From: Gemmatimonadota bacterium
GTDB lineage: Bacteria; Gemmatimonadota; Gemmatimonadetes; Longimicrobiales; Gaopeijiaceae
Reading direction: 5' to 3'
Length of the DNA: 64,000 nt
Assembly (NCBI GenBank): GCA_034521595.1
Contig: JAXHMG010000003.1
Coordinates: 288,001-352,000, forward strand
Shown piece by piece: positions 59,157 through 64,000 of this stretch (position 1 is the first letter of the stretch; each line of letters starts with the position of its first letter). The notes beneath the pieces were generated by a model. That model saw only the letters and a list, made by a program, of their open reading frames with translations. It made no database searches and was not told the DNA's origin. The position numbers were made by a program, and so were the translations under genes.

Positions 59157-61208
59157 TCACCTCGGTGACGACTCCTCGGTCGCGGCCGGCGTGCGCGCGT
59201 GCCGCTCGAACCAGCCCCGCAGGTAGAGCTGCGTGCGCAGGAAGTTCGACGGCCGGGACGTCGTGCCGTGCCACTGGTTCTGGAACCGGACCATCACGGT
59301 CGGGACCTGGAGCAGCTTGAGCGCCTGGTAGTACTCCTCGGTCTGGGGCATGGGCGTGCGCAGGTCCTGCTCACCGGTCATGAGCATGGTCGGCGTGGTG
59401 ACGTTGCCCACGTACATGAGGGGGGAGCGGCGCAGGTGCTCCGAGGGGTCCTCCCACGGGAGCTCCTCGAAGTTGTGGTACCAGTTCGGGCTGTCCGTGG
59501 TCCCGACGAAGGAGAGCCAGTTGGTCACCGGGCAGTTCGCCGAGGCGGCCGCGAACCGGTCGGTATGGCCGACGACCCAGGACGTGAGCACGCCGCCGCC
59601 GGAGCAGCCGTAGACGAAGAGGTTGTTCTCGTCCACGTAGCCTCGTTCGAGGACCTCGTCCACGCCCCGCATGAGATCGTCGAAGTCCCTGCCGGGATAG
59701 GCGTTCTCGATGGCGTTGCCGAACGGGCTTCCGTAGCCGGAGCTCCCGCGCGGGTTGGTGTAGAGGACGACGTAGCCGTTCGCGGCGTGCTCCTGCCAGC
59801 CGAAGTTGAAGCCCACGTTGTACATCCCGTGCGGCCCTCCGTGGATGGCCAGCATGAGGGGATACTCCCGCGACGGATCGAAGTCCGGGGGCTTGACGAT
59901 CCAACCCTGGATCTCGAAGTCGTCCACCGACTCGTACCGGATCTCCTCGACCTCGCCGAGCTCCACGCCGGCGAGGACGTCGTCGTTGACGTGGGTGAGC
60001 TGCGCGACGCGTTCCGGCGCATCGGTGTCGAACCGCACCAGGTCCTCGGGCGTCCGCGGCGCGCTGCGGGTGCCGACCATGACGGCACCGGCCTCGTCCA
60101 TCGAGTTGAAGGAGAGCATGTGGTCGCCTTCGGTCACGGGACGGGGCTCACCGTCGAGGGGCGCGAACCACACGTTGCGCACACCCTCCATCGAGGCGTT
60201 GAAGTAGACTCCGCTCGCGTCGGGCGCCCAGGTCACGTTGCCGAGCGAGCGGCCCATCTCACCCGCGATCCGCCGCGGATCGGTGCCATCGGCGTTCATG
60301 ACGTAGAGGCCGCGCTCCACGTACGCGTCGTCGGTCATGTCGTAGCCCTGATAGGCCACGAGCCGTCCGTCGGGTGAAGGCACGGGCGACCCGTCGGGGC
60401 CCTCGCGCGTGGTGAGCTGGCGGATCCGGCCCGTCGCGACCTCGACCGCGTAGATCTCGGACTCCCGCCACTCGTACTCCGCGTTCTCCACGCGGAGGCC
60501 GGAGAAGTAGAGCTCCGAGCCGTCGGCCGACCAGGTCCCGCTCCCGTGGTCCCAGTCTCCGTCGGTGAGCTGGCGCGGGGTGCCGCCCTCGGCGGGAACG
60601 ACGAAGAGATGTCGGTACCCGTCGTCCGTGTAGCCCTGCCGGTCCTGTCGGTAGTCGAGGCGGTTTACGACCTTCGGCTCGCCGGTCCAGTCGGCGCCGT
60701 CGGGCCGGTCGGGAAGGTCGACCCTCCAGGGGCTCTCCCCTTCGACGTTCATGCTGAACGAGAGCCGCGTGCCGTCCGGGGACCACTCGACCGACGAGGG
60801 GCCGTGCTCGACGCGCGTGACCTGGCTCGTCGCTCCCTCGGCGTCCATCCAGCGCACGAAGATCTGGGTGCCGTCGGGCTCGCCCTCGGCCGTGTAGGCG
60901 ATCCGGGTCCCGTCCGGCGACCAGCGCGGCGACGATCCGTCGACGAGGAAGCGGTTGCGGGACCCGTCGGCGTTCATGATCCAGATGGCGGACTCGCGGC
61001 GGTCGTTGACCCGGTCCACCCAGGACCGCGTGTACACGACCCGCGTGCCGTCCGGGGAGATCTCCGGGTCGTCCACCCACTCCCAGTCGAGGTACTGCTC
61101 GAGGCGGAGGTGGTCGGCGTCCTGGGCGGCGTCCTGCGCCGTGAGCGGCGCGGCGGCGGCGAGTGTCGTCGCAACCGCGAGCGCGCATGCGAGCAGCGGG
61201 GAATTCAT
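59157..61208 (-). CDS. Secreted S9 prolyl oligopeptidase-family peptidase
   Basis: PD40 beta-propeller repeats, IHGGPH, GCSGGG, EQDLRTP, WHG. Confidence 0.92.
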   Translation of the reverse strand: MNSPLLACALAVATTLAAAAPLTAQDAAQDADHLRLEQYLDWEWVDDPEISPDGTRVVYTRSWVDRVNDRRESAIWIMNADGSRNRFLVDGSSPRWSPDGTRIAYTAEGEPDGTQIFVRWMDAEGATSQVTRVEHGPSSVEWSPDGTRLSFSMNVEGESPWRVDLPDRPDGADWTGEPKVVNRLDYRQDRQGYTDDGYRHLFVVPAEGGTPRQLTDGDWDHGSGTWSADGSELYFSGLRVENAEYEWRESEIYAVEVATGRIRQLTTREGPDGSPVPSPDGRLVAYQGYDMTDDAYVERGLYVMNADGTDPRRIAGEMGRSLGNVTWAPDASGVYFNASMEGVRNVWFAPLDGEPRPVTEGDHMLSFNSMDEAGAVMVGTRSAPRTPEDLVRFDTDAPERVAQLTHVNDDVLAGVELGEVEEIRYESVDDFEIQGWIVKPPDFDPSREYPLMLAIHGGPHGMYNVGFNFGWQEHAANGYVVLYTNPRGSSGYGSPFGNAIENAYPGRDFDDLMRGVDEVLERGYVDENNLFVYGCSGGGVLTSWVVGHTDRFAAASANCPVTNWLSFVGTTDSPNWYHNFEELPWEDPSEHLRRSPLMYVGNVTTPTMLMTGEQDLRTPMPQTEEYYQALKLLQVPTVMVRFQNQWHGTTSRPSNFLRTQLYLRGWFERHARTPAATEESSPR

Positions 61209-63328
61209 CTCTTTCCTCCTCGGTTGTCCTGCTGCGTTACGGATCGTGCGTCGTGCGTGCCCCATCGCTCGAACCACTTCCGGAGATAGAGTTGCGTCCG
61301 GAGGAAGTTCGACGGCTGGGAGGTGGTGCCGTGCCACTCGTCCTTGAAGCGGACCATGACCGTCGGGGTGCCCACGATCTGGAGGGCCTGATAGAACTCC
61401 TCGGTCTGGCCCATCGGCGTGCGGAGGTCCTGCTCGCCCGTCATGAGCATGGTGGGCGTGGTCACGTTGCCCACGTAGAAGATCGACGACCGGTCCATCC
61501 ACTCGGTCGGGTCGTCCCAGAAGTACTCCTCGAACGTGCGCGTGTAGCTCGTCGCGTCGGAGGTGCCCATCGCCGACATCCAGTTCACGATGGGACAGTT
61601 GGCCGAAGCGGCGCGGAAGCGGTCCGTGTTGCCCACGATGTAGGTGGTCAGGATTCCGCCGCCCGAGCAGCCGTACACGAAGAGGTTCTCCTCGTCGACG
61701 TAGCCGCGGTCGAGCAGCTCGTCCACGCCCCGCATGAGGTCCGGCATGTCGGCGCCGGGGTAGTCGTGGTCGATGGCGTTGGCGAATGCGGTGCCGTAGC
61801 CGGTGCTTCCCCGCGGGTTCGTGTAGAGGACCACGTAGCCGTTGGCCGCGTGCTCCTGGAACGCGAAGCTGAAGGCACCGTCGTACATGCTGTGCGGCCC
61901 GCCGTGGATGGCGAGCATGAGCGGGTATTCACGGGACGGATCGAAGTCGGGCGGCTTCACGACCCAGCCCTGGATGCGCCATTCGTCCGAGTCGTACCCG
62001 ATCTCCTCGACCTCGCCCAGCCGAACGCCGTGCAGCACGTCTTCGTTCACGCGGGTGAGGCGGGTGCGCTCGGCGGGGTTCGCGAGGGGGAAGCGATACA
62101 CGTCTCCCGGCTCGTGCGCGGTGGCCAGGGTCCCGACCGCAGTTCCGTCCTCCGAGAGCGACGAGAACTCGAGCACGTGCGCGCCGTCCGTGACTTGCCG
62201 CACGCCGCCGTCCACGCTCACGAAGTGGAGGTTCCGGTATCCCTCGCGCCGCACGTCGAAATAGAGACCACTTCCGTCCGGGGCCCAGGTCATCTCCCCG
62301 ATCTGGCGGTCGTAGTCGCTGCTGATCACCCGCACGTTGGAGCCGTCCGGGTCCATCAGATGGATGTCACGGTTCCGGTACGTGTCCCGGTGCTCGTCGG
62401 TGCCGGTGTAGGCGATGAGCCGGCCGTCGGGAGAGGGGGTCGGGTTGCCGTCCGGACCTCGCCGGTCGGTGAGCCGGCGCACGGCCCGCGTCGCCACGTC
62501 CACCGCGTAGATCTCCGATTCCTGCCAGTGCTCGGGCCGGTCGTGATCGGGTTCGCGGTAGGAGCTGAAGTAGATCTCGGTCCCGTCCGGGCTCCAGGCG
62601 ATGTCGCCGTGGTTCCAGTCCCCGTCCGTGAGCCGGCGGGGCGTGCCGCCCTCGGCCGGCACCACGAAGACGTGGGTCCAGCCGGTGTCGATGTAGCCCG
62701 CGCGGTCGCGCTTGTAGGCCGCCCGCTCCACCACCTTGGGCTCGTCGGTCCACTCGGCGCCGTCCGGGGGGCGGGGCAGGGGGACGCCCGCGAACTCCGC
62801 TTCGTCGTCGACCCGGCTCGTGAATGCGATCCACTCGCCGTCGGGAGACCACGTCAGGTTCGAGGGGCCGTTTTCCAGGCGCGTGACTTGCGTGGTCGCG
62901 CCCTCGGCGTCCATCCACCGCACGAAGATCTGGCTGCCCGAGGGCTCGCCGGGCGCGGTGTACGCGATACGCGTGCCGTCCGGTGACCAGGTGGCGCCGG
63001 AACCGTCGAGCAGGTGGCGCGCGCGGGCGCCGTCCGCCTCCATGATCCAGACCGACGACTCGCGGCTGTCCTCGGTCTTGTCCACCCACCGGCGGGTGTA
63101 GACGATGCGGCGTCCGTCCGGGGAGATCTGGGGGTTCGAGACCGACTCGAAGTCGAGGTACTGCTCGATGCGGAGGTGCGAGGCGTCGGAATCGGCTTGC
63201 CCCAGGAGGGGAGCCGGCCCTGCGGCGGTCGCGCAGACGATCCCGAAGAGGGCGGCGAGCGCCGGGCTCGTGCGAGGGGCCGGTCCGCCCATGAGGGGCG
63301 GGTCGGCCGGCGGGGCGGCGAGAAACAT
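61205..63328 (-). CDS. Secreted S9 peptidase (tandem paralog)
   Basis: Same architecture; ATG 63328 with AGGAG; ATGA overlap with next gene. Confidence 0.92.
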   Translation of the reverse strand: MFLAAPPADPPLMGGPAPRTSPALAALFGIVCATAAGPAPLLGQADSDASHLRIEQYLDFESVSNPQISPDGRRIVYTRRWVDKTEDSRESSVWIMEADGARARHLLDGSGATWSPDGTRIAYTAPGEPSGSQIFVRWMDAEGATTQVTRLENGPSNLTWSPDGEWIAFTSRVDDEAEFAGVPLPRPPDGAEWTDEPKVVERAAYKRDRAGYIDTGWTHVFVVPAEGGTPRRLTDGDWNHGDIAWSPDGTEIYFSSYREPDHDRPEHWQESEIYAVDVATRAVRRLTDRRGPDGNPTPSPDGRLIAYTGTDEHRDTYRNRDIHLMDPDGSNVRVISSDYDRQIGEMTWAPDGSGLYFDVRREGYRNLHFVSVDGGVRQVTDGAHVLEFSSLSEDGTAVGTLATAHEPGDVYRFPLANPAERTRLTRVNEDVLHGVRLGEVEEIGYDSDEWRIQGWVVKPPDFDPSREYPLMLAIHGGPHSMYDGAFSFAFQEHAANGYVVLYTNPRGSTGYGTAFANAIDHDYPGADMPDLMRGVDELLDRGYVDEENLFVYGCSGGGILTTYIVGNTDRFRAASANCPIVNWMSAMGTSDATSYTRTFEEYFWDDPTEWMDRSSIFYVGNVTTPTMLMTGEQDLRTPMGQTEEFYQALQIVGTPTVMVRFKDEWHGTTSQPSNFLRTQLYLRKWFERWGTHDARSVTQQDNRGGKR

Positions 63329-63532
63329 GCACGTCTCCTGGCGGCGGGGCGGTCCGAGGCCAGCGATGCAGGCTCGTCCCACGCGGGCCGACAGGAGGGC
63401 TCGCGTCGGCCCTGAAGCATTTGAGCCGTTGCGCGGCCGGCGCCCGACCCAGAGCCTTACGCATGTCGAACCGTCCGTCGCCGTAGCCCTCGTGCTACAG
63501 CGCTACGAAAGTCCCGCCCGTCGAGGTTGCCC

Positions 63533-64000
63533 GTGACCTTGCCTCAATCCGAATCGAAGCTCGATCGCGTATCGGAGGCGCTCGAAGCCAAGCTCGAGCG
63601 GTTCGAGGCGATGGTGGCCAAGATCGGGTCTCGGCACGGGCTCCAGCCGGTGGACAGGGACCTGTTGGTGCAGGAGGTCCGCATTCGGCTGTGGCGCAGC
63701 CTGCGGGAGCGTGAGAAGATCGCGGGCGTGTCCGCGTCGTACATGTACCGGACGGCCATGTCGGCCGCCGTGGACTTGATTCGGCGACGGAGGGCGAAGG
63801 GTGGAGACGCGACGATCTCGGTCGACGAGAGCGGACCGGTGCCGGCGGGACGGCGGGACGCCGCCGACGAGGGTGTGCAGCGGGCCGAGCTCGAGCGGGC
63901 GCTGGGGGATGCCGTGGACGAGCTGATCGAGTCACGGCGAGCGGTCGTCCGCATGCACCTGGCCGGGTACGACAGGAGCGAGATCGCCTCCCTGTTGGGC
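63533..64000 (+). CDS. ECF sigma factor (3'-truncated)
   Basis: DLLVQEVRIRLW, YMYRTAMSAAVDLIRRRR, RRAVVRMHLAGYDRSEIASLLG. Confidence 0.85.
   Translation, partial: MTLPQSESKLDRVSEALEAKLERFEAMVAKIGSRHGLQPVDRDLLVQEVRIRLWRSLREREKIAGVSASYMYRTAMSAAVDLIRRRRAKGGDATISVDESGPVPAGRRDAADEGVQRAELERALGDAVDELIESRRAVVRMHLAGYDRSEIASLLG

Noticed and set aside
1-64000. CRISPR array / DGR / retron / prophage
   Set aside because: No regularly spaced repeats, reverse transcriptase or phage structural genes were recognised.

Overview
GC-rich bacterial chromosome segment. The gene content (SusC/SusD pair, many exported proteins) is reminiscent of Gemmatimonadota, which is an inference. 1-36.7 kb and 55-64 kb are core-type genes: ankyrin protein, SusC/D, tyrS, nadB, MscS, greA, two ABC systems, TolC/HlyD/TetR, a thiol-redox cluster, ClC channel, YbaK, MBL hydrolase, two S9 peptidases and an ECF sigma factor. 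Highlights: (1) two tandem exported peroxiredoxin-like genes (34449-35739), split by the ORF caller, each have an in-frame TGA at the catalytic Cys position followed by an identical 20-nt hairpin, so they are probable selenoproteins with SECIS elements; they lie convergent with ccdA-tlpA. (2) An ~18.2-kb island with no recognisable integrase sits in tRNA-Ala(TGC), bounded by a 17-bp direct repeat. It holds a type I RM system with scrambled HsdS recognition domains, two HEPN-motif genes, a lone ATPase, a MITE-like repeat, integron cassette-like (attC/attI-like) boundaries and six TA modules, five of which have a broken toxin beside an intact partner gene. (3) A 20-codon sORF has a 13-nt perfect anti-SD match and its own terminator. 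All family assignments come from motif recognition only; no searches were run.
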